This document shows, in pieces, positions 1 through 8,883 of a DNA stretch of 64,000 nt. Source of the DNA: Planctomycetota bacterium (lineage in GTDB: Bacteria > Planctomycetota > Planctomycetia > JALXBF01). A program made the translations under genes and the position numbers. Location of the stretch: assembly GCA_026991575.1 (NCBI GenBank), contig JALXBF010000049.1:1-64000 (forward strand), written 5' to 3'. Under the pieces are notes generated by a model. The model was not told the DNA's origin and ran no database searches. It worked only from the letters and a program-made list of their open reading frames with translations. Position 1 is the stretch's first letter. Every line of letters starts with the position of its first letter.

Positions 1-84
1 GACTACCACCCCCCCTAACACAGCCCTACCCCTTTGAGCAATCAGCATCAGCAACACGGCAGTCGCAGGAGCCGGGATGACCGG

Positions 85-1332
85 TTATCTCGGGCGTCCC
101 TTGTTGCTGCGGCGATCGAATGGCAGGGTCTGAAGCCAGACTGCTGTCAGCCGAACCCCCTTACCGGGATCAATGGTCAGCGAATCGGCTTCGGGTACCG
201 CTACGGGGACTGCTCCGAGCGGGTAGCCATCCAGGGCCAGTCGCACGGCACCGTCCTCGTAGCGTAAGGTCAGTCGCCAGGTGGTCGTAGCCTTGTGCCA
301 CGCAATCCACCGGGTCTCCTGCGAATAGTCCCGCAGTAGCTGCCCATCTGCAGCCACGAGCTTCAGCGACGGCGGCCTCAGCTCAACAGTCCAGGCGGCC
401 TTCTCACCGGCAAGACCAACGCAACGCAGCGTCCCGGGCCCCGGTAGGGCGGCTAACAGTTCTAGCTCGATCCGCATGTACCCGACACACCGGACCGGTT
501 CCCCCACCGGATGCGCCGCGAAGCCAGCAGCCCGCCACGAGGCGGCGTTGGCCGTTTGGCTAACTGGTAGGTACACAACGGGGAAACGCTCGGGATCGTG
601 CCCGGTGTTCTTACGGAAAACGATCAGGTGTTGCCGGGGCAGGAACTCGTGGAGCTCGCTGAGGCGGAACCCGAAATCTTCCAGTTCGTAGCGGACCTGG
701 CGCAGCGTCATCTTGTGATCGGGCAGGATCGGAACAGTGGGGTCCTCGGCGCGGTACTCGATAAGCGCCAGCCTTCCGGTTGGGCGCAGCGCCTTGGCTA
801 GCCGGGGCATGAAGACATCGGGGTCCTGGATCTCGTGGTAGACGTCGACCATCAGCGCAAGATCGATCGACGATGGCGGAAGTTTCGGGTCGTCCGGTTC
901 GGAGAGTACCGGGACGACGTTCGTGACGCCGAATTCGGTCAGCCGCTGCTGGAGCATGCGGATCATTTCTGGCTGGATGTCCACGGCAAATACCTTGCCC
1001 GTTGGGCCGACCCGCTGGGCCATTCGCACGGCGAAGTAGCCAACGCCGGTACCGATGTCGGCCACGATCTGCCCGGGCCGGATGCGCAGTGCGTCCAGCA
1101 CGCGCTCGGGCTGCTCCCAGAGGTCGCGATCCGGGCGCAGCAACCAGCGCCAGCCGCGCCAGCTCATCACGCGCGCGATCGGGCGGCCCTTGTAGGTCCG
1201 GGCTGCGGGGAGCGAACGCGGCGCGCGATTCTGCTGAGCGGGCAGCGACGTGGCCAGTGCTGGCAACAGCAGCACGATGGCAAGGATCAGCGTGCAGCGA
1301 CAAAGCGTGCGTCGTGGGACCAAGCGGCTCAT
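85..1332 (-). CDS. Class I SAM-dependent methyltransferase with N-terminal signal peptide/TM segment and an extra C-terminal beta-rich domain
   Basis: VADIGTGVG SAM motif, AVDIQPEM, DVYHE; hydrophobic N-terminus; start moved to ATG 1332 (ORF track begins 1362). Confidence 0.8.
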   Translation of the reverse strand: MSRLVPRRTLCRCTLILAIVLLLPALATSLPAQQNRAPRSLPAARTYKGRPIARVMSWRGWRWLLRPDRDLWEQPERVLDALRIRPGQIVADIGTGVGYFAVRMAQRVGPTGKVFAVDIQPEMIRMLQQRLTEFGVTNVVPVLSEPDDPKLPPSSIDLALMVDVYHEIQDPDVFMPRLAKALRPTGRLALIEYRAEDPTVPILPDHKMTLRQVRYELEDFGFRLSELHEFLPRQHLIVFRKNTGHDPERFPVVYLPVSQTANAASWRAAGFAAHPVGEPVRCVGYMRIELELLAALPGPGTLRCVGLAGEKAAWTVELRPPSLKLVAADGQLLRDYSQETRWIAWHKATTTWRLTLRYEDGAVRLALDGYPLGAVPVAVPEADSLTIDPGKGVRLTAVWLQTLPFDRRSNKGRPR

Positions 1333-1473
1333 AGGGACTCCGTCTCGTGCGTCGCGCCACAACTGGCAAAATCGCTACAGCCGGACCGCGCTGCAGCCGA
1401 TCTTGAACACTGGAGCGCTACGATTTCGCATGTCGGCATGCTGGCATCGGGCGCGGGCTGTACGACAACTCCG

Positions 1474-3693
1474 ATGGTACGACACCGGCAACGTGAGCTC
1501 AACTCGTCGATCCGTGCAGCGGCCTGCCTTCGGCTGATTCTGGCCGTGCTCATAGCTGCCGGCGGCTGCATACCGGCCGTGCCCGCGCACCGGCCATTGG
1601 TGTTGTCGCCCCCTGTGGCCCGGCCCGATGTGGCCATCCCGTTGGAACACTATGCGGTCGGCCTGGCTCGCTCGGGGGCTGACGTTGTACCCGGTAGCTA
1701 CAGCGACCCCGTCGACGTGCCGCCTGAACCGCTGTTGCCGAGCCGCCCCGAAGCGGCACGGCTACGCCCCATCCGGCTGCACGAAGCGATCCGTATGGCG
1801 TTGGAAAACAACGAGGTTCTGGTCCGCGCAGGCGGAGGGGTCGCCGCGGTCGAGAACGGCCCGAACCTCGGTTTCGGAACACTCGGTCGGACCATTTACG
1901 ATCCGGCCTTGTTCGAGACCGAGATCGAACGACAACTGGCCCGGTTCGACGCTCGCTGGGAAACTAGTCTCTTCTGGGACAGCATCGACGTGCCGTTTGG
2001 TTCGGTGGCGTCGCAGTTTCAGGGATTTCGCCGGGACATCTTCCAAGGGCAAACCATCCTGCGTAAGCCACTGATCACCGGCGGCGAGGTGTCCATCGGG
2101 TTCAACACAAGCTATCAGTTCCGCCGGGTGATTACGCCCCTACTGCAGGGTCTGATCAATCCCGAATACGAAACCCAGCTGGTCTTCGCGATCCGGCATC
2201 CACTGGGCGGTCCGGACGCCGGCGGCCGCTTCGGCGGTGCCGGCGTGGCCTACAACCGGGTGCCGATCATGATTGCTCGGATCAACGCGGACCAGGAGCT
2301 GTGGCAGTTCAAGGAGAACTTGATGATCATGGTCCGCGACGTGGAGGAAGCGTACTGGAACCTGTATGGGTCGCAGGTTCAGTATCAGGCTCTGCTGCGC
2401 GCGGTGGAGCAGAGCTGGCGCTACGTGCGCGACCTGGAGGAAGCCAACAGAGTGGGCAAGGCGGATCCGGCGGAACTCCTCGAAGCACGGGCTCAACTGG
2501 ACAGCCTGCGTGAGGCGCTGTTGCAGGCCAAGGCCGGGCAACGTGGCGCGGCCGGTCTGCCGTTCGACGGCCTGCTCGTGGCCGAAGCACGCTTGCGGGC
2601 GCTCATCGGCTTGCCCCCCTACGACGGAACCCGCCTCGTCGCCGTCGACGAACCGACGCTGGCCCCGGTCGAACTGGACTGGGAATCGGTGATCCGGGAG
2701 GCCTACCGTTATCGACCGCAGCTTGCCCTGCACCGCTTGAACGTGCTCGAGCAGCGTCAGCGCTGGATTCGAGCCCGCGGCCAGCTCAGGCCCCAGATCG
2801 ACGTGGGTGCCCAATTCCAGATCAACGGCCTGGACAGCACGTTCGACGGCTCCCTGGATGTTCTGACCGACGGCAACTTCAACGATTACCAGTTCGATAT
2901 CCAGGTGACCGTGCCGCTCGGTTACCGGCGAGAGTTGGCCGACGCGCAGACAGCGCTGCTGCAGATTGCCGCTGCCAAGGCGCGACTGTACCAGGCGATG
3001 CGGGAAACGGACCACACGATCGCCCAGCTGTATCGAGAAGTAGATCTGGCCCGGGAACGATTCCTCATCGCACGCGATCAACTGCGTACCGCGCAGCAGA
3101 GACTGGAAGTGAACATCGCGCAGTGGGAAGCGGGGCAGCAGGATCGCAGCGTCGTGAACCTGAGGCTGGTCCAGGCCATCGAGGGCTTGCGCCGCGCGCA
3201 ACTGGCCGAAGTCGAAGCACGGGTCAACTACAACATTGCCCTTATCCGCCTCGAGCACGCCAAAGGCACGCTGCTGTCCTACGACAATATCCATTTCCAT
3301 CCCGGCCCGTGGGCCGTGCGCGTCGAGATGGCGGTGCCTGAGGAGCCTGCCGAGCAGCGCTCCGGCGACGAGCCGGCTCGTTCGGAGACAGCACCCGACG
3401 GCAAGTCCCAGCAAGTCGACGCTGCGACAGTACAGCCCGTACCGATCGCACAAGCGTCCGCCCCCGGGACGGCGGTCCCCGGCACCGAAGCGCGCAACCC
3501 GGACGGGCAACCCCCGAGCACCGGCAAGCAGCCCTCGGCACCGCGTGCTGCGGCGAAACGAGATGGCTGGCGTGCCGCGGCGTCACCCCCACCGGCACAC
3601 GGTCCGACGCCACACTCCCATTCGAGCCAGCCTGCGCAGAGGCCCCCCGTGGCCCCGGAACCGCTGGATCTACCGGCAGCCACCGGCGATTGA
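1474..3693 (+). CDS. TolC-family outer membrane efflux (lipo)protein with Pro/Ala-rich C-terminal tail
   Basis: LHEAIRMALENN, DVEEAYWNL, RPQIDV, YNIALIRLEHAKGTLL patterns; lipobox-like IAAGGC; ORF track start 835 overlaps the opposite gene, so ATG 1474 preferred. Confidence 0.8.
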   Translation: MVRHRQRELNSSIRAAACLRLILAVLIAAGGCIPAVPAHRPLVLSPPVARPDVAIPLEHYAVGLARSGADVVPGSYSDPVDVPPEPLLPSRPEAARLRPIRLHEAIRMALENNEVLVRAGGGVAAVENGPNLGFGTLGRTIYDPALFETEIERQLARFDARWETSLFWDSIDVPFGSVASQFQGFRRDIFQGQTILRKPLITGGEVSIGFNTSYQFRRVITPLLQGLINPEYETQLVFAIRHPLGGPDAGGRFGGAGVAYNRVPIMIARINADQELWQFKENLMIMVRDVEEAYWNLYGSQVQYQALLRAVEQSWRYVRDLEEANRVGKADPAELLEARAQLDSLREALLQAKAGQRGAAGLPFDGLLVAEARLRALIGLPPYDGTRLVAVDEPTLAPVELDWESVIREAYRYRPQLALHRLNVLEQRQRWIRARGQLRPQIDVGAQFQINGLDSTFDGSLDVLTDGNFNDYQFDIQVTVPLGYRRELADAQTALLQIAAAKARLYQAMRETDHTIAQLYREVDLARERFLIARDQLRTAQQRLEVNIAQWEAGQQDRSVVNLRLVQAIEGLRRAQLAEVEARVNYNIALIRLEHAKGTLLSYDNIHFHPGPWAVRVEMAVPEEPAEQRSGDEPARSETAPDGKSQQVDAATVQPVPIAQASAPGTAVPGTEARNPDGQPPSTGKQPSAPRAAAKRDGWRAAASPPPAHGPTPHSHSSQPAQRPPVAPEPLDLPAATGD

Positions 3694-3708
3694 CCAGGGC
3701 GAGTGGTC

Positions 3709-3737
3709 TTGAAACCCGGCAGCCATGGTGCTATAGA
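3709..3737 (+). promoter_or_regulatory. Putative sigma70 promoter for tRNA-Gly
   Basis: TTGAAA-17 nt-TATAGA with TG extension, ~30 nt upstream of the tRNA. Confidence 0.45.
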
Positions 3738-3768
3738 TGGAAATGAGCGGCAATGGGGTCCGCGGTGT

Positions 3769-3840
<72 letters not shown>

Positions 3841-3865
3841 CCTTGGAGGATACGCGCACCGTTGT

Positions 3866-3894
3866 CGGCGGGCTGTCGTGCCCGCCGCTTTTTT
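3866..3894 (+). terminator. Rho-independent terminator after tRNA-Gly
   Basis: CGGCGGGC-tgtcgt-GCCCGCCG hairpin followed by cTTTTTT. Confidence 0.8.
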
Positions 3895-4134
3895 GCGCGC
3901 GCTTGCCCACGCCGCATGCCATGCCAACTACGCACTGGGCCTGCCAGAAAGAGGGGCTGACGCGCCAGTGCGTGACAGGAGGCCCACCACTTCTCTCACC
4001 TGTGCCCGAACACGTCGACGACGGGAAGCTCGGCCCGGCAAGTACCCGCCGCGAGGTGCGGTGGCTGCCTGGTTGCAGTCTAGCGCAGCGCAGCCACTTC
4101 TGCTGGCATCAGCTAGGGCAGCTTCGCTGCTGAG

Positions 4135-5307
4135 CTACGCAGCTGCCACCCCCTGGCGCGCCCGGAGCCGACGAGCCAGCAGGAGCAGTTCGAGGCCGCA
4201 CCAGGCTGACAGTGCCGGCAGGACGAGCCAGAGATAAGGATAGGCCAGGCCTCGAAGCACGCGGTCGGCAAGCTCCGGCACATTACCCTTCCAGACGCCT
4301 TTCAGCAGACCGAGCACCGGGTGCGGTCGGGCAAGTCTGCGCCAGGCACCGGCACGCAGCCAGGCCCGGCCGTACTTGCCCTTGCGTGCGGCCAGCCGCA
4401 CGGCCGTCTCTGCCGCTTCGTCCCCGCTGCGCAGGAGTCGGATCGCGTCGCGCCGGAGCGAGTGCACGACGATGCTCGCTTCCGAACCATACTTCTCGGC
4501 ATAGCGTGCCATGCGGGCCACGTCGGCAGGGTCATCGGCATACCGCAGCACGCGCAGCACGGTGGTACCGCTGCCGGATCGTTTGGTAAGCACAGCCACG
4601 TCGCCGGCGAACCGCGCCAACGGTCTTCCGTTACCCCGTCTGGCTAGCCGGGCAAGTTCCACGAGCTTGTCCAACAGGCGGCGGCTCAAGTTACCCGTCT
4701 TCACGGCCACCTTTGTCACAGCGGCTCCCAGGTCAACCATTGGCGCAACCGTCGTTGCAATGCCCAGGGCGGACAATCCGGTGATGACCCAGTCGACCTT
4801 CTGTCCTTCGACTCCATGCGAAACTTGGATGGCCAGGTCACGGATGTCTCCGACGACAAACAGATCGGTGACCACGGCACCGATCAGCCCTTCCGTGGAA
4901 GTGCCGTAACCGGAGACCGCACCGGCCGCGAACTTCTTGGCACGCCTCAGCAAACTCTTCCGCTCAGCCTCCAGCTGGGCACGTTTCGCGAGCAATGCGT
5001 CGCGATAGTTGGCAGCGTAAGCTTCGTCCTTCAGGCCGGCGTCGATGTAGGCAAGGGCATCCTCGTACAGCTCCCCCTCCGCTAACCTGTCCGCCTCGGC
5101 CAGGTAATCCACCGTCGGGAGCCGCTGGTACTGGATCCAAGCGATCGCGCGCGGCACGTCGGCGGCCAGGATAACCAGCAGCCCCAGGGCACACAGCAGC
5201 CGGAGGACGTTCCAGCGGCAGCGCCAACACGCGGCAAGCAGCGAACCTGTGGCCGCACCATGTGGTTGGACACCAGTCGATGGAGCTGCCATGATCGGTA
5301 CCCTCAC
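4135..5307 (-). CDS. Hypothetical membrane protein with N- and C-terminal TM segments
   Basis: 390-aa ORF, hydrophobic ends, core TDLFVVGDIRDL; start overlaps the upstream stop (GTGA). Confidence 0.7.
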   Translation of the reverse strand: MRVPIMAAPSTGVQPHGAATGSLLAACWRCRWNVLRLLCALGLLVILAADVPRAIAWIQYQRLPTVDYLAEADRLAEGELYEDALAYIDAGLKDEAYAANYRDALLAKRAQLEAERKSLLRRAKKFAAGAVSGYGTSTEGLIGAVVTDLFVVGDIRDLAIQVSHGVEGQKVDWVITGLSALGIATTVAPMVDLGAAVTKVAVKTGNLSRRLLDKLVELARLARRGNGRPLARFAGDVAVLTKRSGSGTTVLRVLRYADDPADVARMARYAEKYGSEASIVVHSLRRDAIRLLRSGDEAAETAVRLAARKGKYGRAWLRAGAWRRLARPHPVLGLLKGVWKGNVPELADRVLRGLAYPYLWLVLPALSAWCGLELLLLARRLRARQGVAAA

Positions 5308-5987
5308 GCTTCAGGTTGCCGAGCGGCACCGGCCCTGATCGCCTCTTCGCCCTTGAACCGGATCTCGACCCACGTATCCTCCGGCAGCACCGCCTGGAAA
5401 AGCTCTCTGAGCTGAGCCCGCGACTGTTCGCGGACCTGTTCGAGCAGTTTGCGTGAGCTGGCCACCTTGCGGATCTCGCGCGGCAGGTCCTCGTAGATGC
5501 ACAGCGTCAGCTGCGTCTGGCCGGCACCGGTGCGTGTGCGCATCCCGCTGATGTGCATGCGCTTCTCGACAATCCGGCTCGGGTCGAAATCGTGATACAG
5601 CAGCCTCGGCTCAGGTACCACCACCCGGACGTAGCCCGGTGTGCGTGTCTCGACTTGGACGGCATCGCTGGTGAGGTCAACCCCGTAAAGCAGTTTGACC
5701 GGAGCTTCGATTTCAACTTCCACCCGACCGCGCCAGTTCTCGTGGTGCCGCTGGGCGGAGACCCGCGTCTCGACCTCCTGCGTCACCACCTTCAGCACGT
5801 CCAGCACTCGGGTCACACGGAACGTTGCGTCCTCGGACTCATCCAGCGTCGCCGGCAGCGGCGCTGCGTACATCGCGTGGTACAACCACCACCCCATGGC
5901 GGTCGCCAGGACACAGATCACCACCATGGGCAGGGTCAGGTCCCAGCCAACCCGCTCAGCACGTTTGGCAATCGACTGAACGCTCAT
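5304..5987 (-). CDS. DUF4230-like single-TM protein
   Basis: N-terminal TM, then YGVDL...VVVPEPRL and C-terminal LLEQVREQSRAQLRELF...VEIRF, the layout of DUF4230. Confidence 0.65.
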   Translation of the reverse strand: MSVQSIAKRAERVGWDLTLPMVVICVLATAMGWWLYHAMYAAPLPATLDESEDATFRVTRVLDVLKVVTQEVETRVSAQRHHENWRGRVEVEIEAPVKLLYGVDLTSDAVQVETRTPGYVRVVVPEPRLLYHDFDPSRIVEKRMHISGMRTRTGAGQTQLTLCIYEDLPREIRKVASSRKLLEQVREQSRAQLRELFQAVLPEDTWVEIRFKGEEAIRAGAARQPEA

Positions 5988-6435
5988 CTGTTCGCCCCCA
6001 GCGATGCCTGGGACGGGTTCTCTGCCAGAGCCGCGATTGATGACAGTATGTTCGCCTTATCAGCCGCTATCTTAGCATACCCCTTGCCCCGCGCCGCCCG
6101 GTCGGTTCCTGCATCACGCTCGCGGACGGTAGCCGCCCGTCTGCACGCGGAACGTGCCGGAACGAGTGCAGGACGCGAATGTCGGAAGTCTCGCCGCAGA
6201 GTGGCTAAGTCATCGTATGGCATCGCCGCCGATCGGCGCTCGCGTTTGTCGCGAAGGTGGCGATCGGTTGGGGGCGTGCCGATCGTAGTGACCCTGTCGC
6301 TGCTTCGGATGCACGGACCGGCAACGGCCGCACCGAGCGGTTGGTTGAGGCCGCGGGCCGAGGCGGACGGCTGCGAATATGATTTAGTGTTTCCGCTTTG
6401 TCGGACTCGTTCGATCCACGGGGGAAACGAGTGTG

Positions 6436-6936
6436 ATGGATGTCCTATGGGCACCGTGGCGGCTTCAGTACATCGTCCAGGCGCGCGATCAGGCGGATGA
6501 TACCTGTTTCATCTGCAGCGCAGTGTCCAGTTCGGACGATCGCGCCAACCTGGTGGTGCACCGCACGGCGCTGAGTGTGGTGATCCTGAACAAGTTTCCT
6601 TACAACAATGGACACTTGTTGATTGCCCCCAAGACGCACAAGGCTGAGCCGGGCGAGCTGGACGACGCGGAACTCCTGGATCTGATGCACACGATGCAGC
6701 GGATGCTGACCGTGCTGCGGAAGGTGCTCACGCCGGACGGCTTTAACGTGGGGCTGAATCTGGGCCGGGTTGCCGGGGCGGGTCTGCCCGGCCATCTGCA
6801 CTGGCACGTGGTGCCCCGGTGGCAAGGGGACACGAACTTCATGCCGGTGGTCGCCGACACGAAGGTCATCAGTCAGTCGCTGGAAGCTCTCTACGGACTG
6901 CTGGCCGACGCACTTTCCGACCAGCAGTGCGCCTAG
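6436..6936 (+). CDS. HIT-family hydrolase (Ap4A phosphorylase/Fhit-like)
   Basis: LWAPWR, CFIC, NKFPYNNGH, histidine triad HLHWHVVPRW. Confidence 0.92.
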   Translation: MDVLWAPWRLQYIVQARDQADDTCFICSAVSSSDDRANLVVHRTALSVVILNKFPYNNGHLLIAPKTHKAEPGELDDAELLDLMHTMQRMLTVLRKVLTPDGFNVGLNLGRVAGAGLPGHLHWHVVPRWQGDTNFMPVVADTKVISQSLEALYGLLADALSDQQCA

Positions 6937-7023
6937 CGGCGGTCGCCGCAGGCGATAAACTGAAGAAGGGGATGGGGCAGTGCTGCCTGCCACCACACGG
7001 CTTATTCGAGGAAGACCGTACCA

Positions 7024-8088
7024 ATGGCGCTTTGGGTCATTCGCACGCTGTTCCTGCTGATCTGGACCGGACTTGGCTCCTACTTGGCATGGCGCCTGGA
7101 GCTGGGCGCATGGCAGACGGTCGGTGTCGTCTTGCTGGCGATCATCATCGGTGTGACGGTGATCGCCATTGACGTGCTGGTGCCGCGGAAGAAGATTGGC
7201 ATTTTGTCGGCGATCTTCTTCGGGCTGTTGCTGGGCACGATCATGGGCCAGCTGATCTGGTCGGCAATCCGCCCGGCTCTGTGGTACGTGGAGCAGACGC
7301 TGGAGCTGCAAGCGCGTGCACAGTTTGAAACGGTAGTCGAGCCGCTGGTTAACCTGCTGCTCAGCTCGCTGCTCTGCTATCTGGCGATCAGCTTCATCTT
7401 ACAGACGCAGGATGACTTTCGTTTCGTGATCCCGTATGTCGAATTCAGTCGGGAGCTGCGCAGCAGCCGGCCACTGGTGGTTGACACCAGCGCATTGCTG
7501 GACGGGCGGATTGTGCGGCTGGTGCAGGCGGGCCTGTTTGACACGACGATCATTGCGCCGGCGTTCGTCTTGGGTGAGTTGCAGCGGTTGGCCGAGAGCC
7601 CGGACCGTGCCGAGCGGGTGCGCGGCCGTCGCGCGCTGGAGCTGGTCACCGAGCTGCGCAACGATCCTCATGTGTCGATTGAGACGCCGGACGTGGAGCC
7701 GCCCGAGTTGCGGCACGTGTTGGACCCGGCGCAGAAGCTGGTCCGGTGGACAAGGATCGTTCACGGCAAGCTGGTCACCGTGGACGCCAACCTGGCAAAG
7801 CTGGCGCGGGCCGAAGGCATCGATGCGCTGAACCTGAATGATGTCTCCGATTCGCTCCGGCCGCAGGTGCTGCCGGGCGATCGGGTCCGTGTCCGGTTGG
7901 TCCGTTCCGGCGACCAGCCCGGTCAGGGCGTCGGCTACCTGGATGACGGTACGATGGTAGTGATCGAAGACGGCCGGGCACACATCGGCAAAGAGGTGGA
8001 AGCGACGGTCACCAGTGTGATCAATACGCATGCTGGAAGGATGGTTTTCGGCCGTATCGAACCCACTCGCGCAACCCAACGGGCATGA
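7024..8088 (+). CDS. Membrane-anchored PIN/TRAM domain protein (YacL-like)
   Basis: Four N-terminal TMs, VDTSALLDGR PIN start, QGVGYLDDGTMVVIE and GRMVF TRAM motifs. Confidence 0.9.
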   Translation: MALWVIRTLFLLIWTGLGSYLAWRLELGAWQTVGVVLLAIIIGVTVIAIDVLVPRKKIGILSAIFFGLLLGTIMGQLIWSAIRPALWYVEQTLELQARAQFETVVEPLVNLLLSSLLCYLAISFILQTQDDFRFVIPYVEFSRELRSSRPLVVDTSALLDGRIVRLVQAGLFDTTIIAPAFVLGELQRLAESPDRAERVRGRRALELVTELRNDPHVSIETPDVEPPELRHVLDPAQKLVRWTRIVHGKLVTVDANLAKLARAEGIDALNLNDVSDSLRPQVLPGDRVRVRLVRSGDQPGQGVGYLDDGTMVVIEDGRAHIGKEVEATVTSVINTHAGRMVFGRIEPTRATQRA

Positions 8089-8144
8089 GGATTGCTTCGC
8101 CTGCGTACTGCGGGAACGCGGGCTGCGGCTGACGGGTCGAAGTT

Positions 8145-8804
8145 ATGGAGCTCGTTCGCGTGGCAAAGCGACGGCCTGCCAACCGGGAGCGTAACAGGGC
8201 CAGCGATAGGGAACTGGTCCAGCGAGCGATCGAGGAGCGGCGGCAGGGCAAGAGCCCGGCGGCCTATGGTGAGCTGGCTCTTCGATACATGCAACGGCTG
8301 TACAACTTCCTGCTGCGTCAGACCGGTGATCCGACTGAGGCAGAGGATATTGTGCAGCAGGCCCTGTGCAAGGGATTCGAGAATCTGGAGCAGTTCGAGC
8401 AGCGCTCGAGCTTGTATACGTGGTTGTGCCGCATCGCGCTGAATGAGCTTCACAATCGGCGCCGCCGTCAGAAGCCGATCTCGGGGCTGCTGACCAGCGG
8501 CGATGGTGGCGGCGGCGAAGGAACCGCGGCCGTGCTGGAGCCGACCACGGACGAGACTCCCGAGACGATCGCGGCCAGCCGTGAAATGCAGGCACGCGTG
8601 CGCGACGCGCTGCTGGAGCTGCCCGAGGAGTTCCGCACGGCGGTGAACCTGGTCGACTTGGAGGGATTGAGCTACAAGGAGGCGGCTGAGGTGATGGGCG
8701 TGCCCGAGGGAACGGTCAAGAGCCGCCTGAACCGAGGACGACGCATGCTGGCAAGGCGCCTGCTGGGCAGGCGGACCGAGCAACCGCAGGGCGGCCAACG
8801 ATGA
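8145..8804 (+). CDS. ECF RNA polymerase sigma-70 factor
   Basis: AEDIVQ, YTWLCRIALN (region 2); GLSYKEAAEVMGVPEGTVKSRLNRGR (region 4.2). Confidence 0.93.
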   Translation: MELVRVAKRRPANRERNRASDRELVQRAIEERRQGKSPAAYGELALRYMQRLYNFLLRQTGDPTEAEDIVQQALCKGFENLEQFEQRSSLYTWLCRIALNELHNRRRRQKPISGLLTSGDGGGGEGTAAVLEPTTDETPETIAASREMQARVRDALLELPEEFRTAVNLVDLEGLSYKEAAEVMGVPEGTVKSRLNRGRRMLARRLLGRRTEQPQGGQR

Positions 8805-8883
8805 GGCGGACTTGGGCCGCTGGACGCGTGCTGACGATGTGTTGGATAAGTGATCGGTCAGGCATCGCGAGGAATACGCTGCG

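Noticed and set aside
835..1473. N-terminal extension of the TolC ORF
   Set aside because: Antisense to the methyltransferase; the signal peptide and lipobox appear only after ATG 1474
2140..3510. Long antisense ORFs here and at 7935-9125, 15541-16707, 26239-27381, 39851-41167, 54485-55651 and 59564-60562
   Set aside because: Shadow ORFs opposite well-supported genes, expected in GC-rich DNA, with no recognisable motifs
3841..4134. Possible integrated element at tRNA-Gly, and likewise at tRNA-Lys (37633-37969)
   Set aside because: No integrase, and I saw no duplicated tRNA 3' end or clear compositional shift
5988..6432. 445-bp divergent intergenic region as a possible ncRNA or small gene
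   Set aside because: No recognisable RNA family or convincing ORF; consistent with divergent promoters
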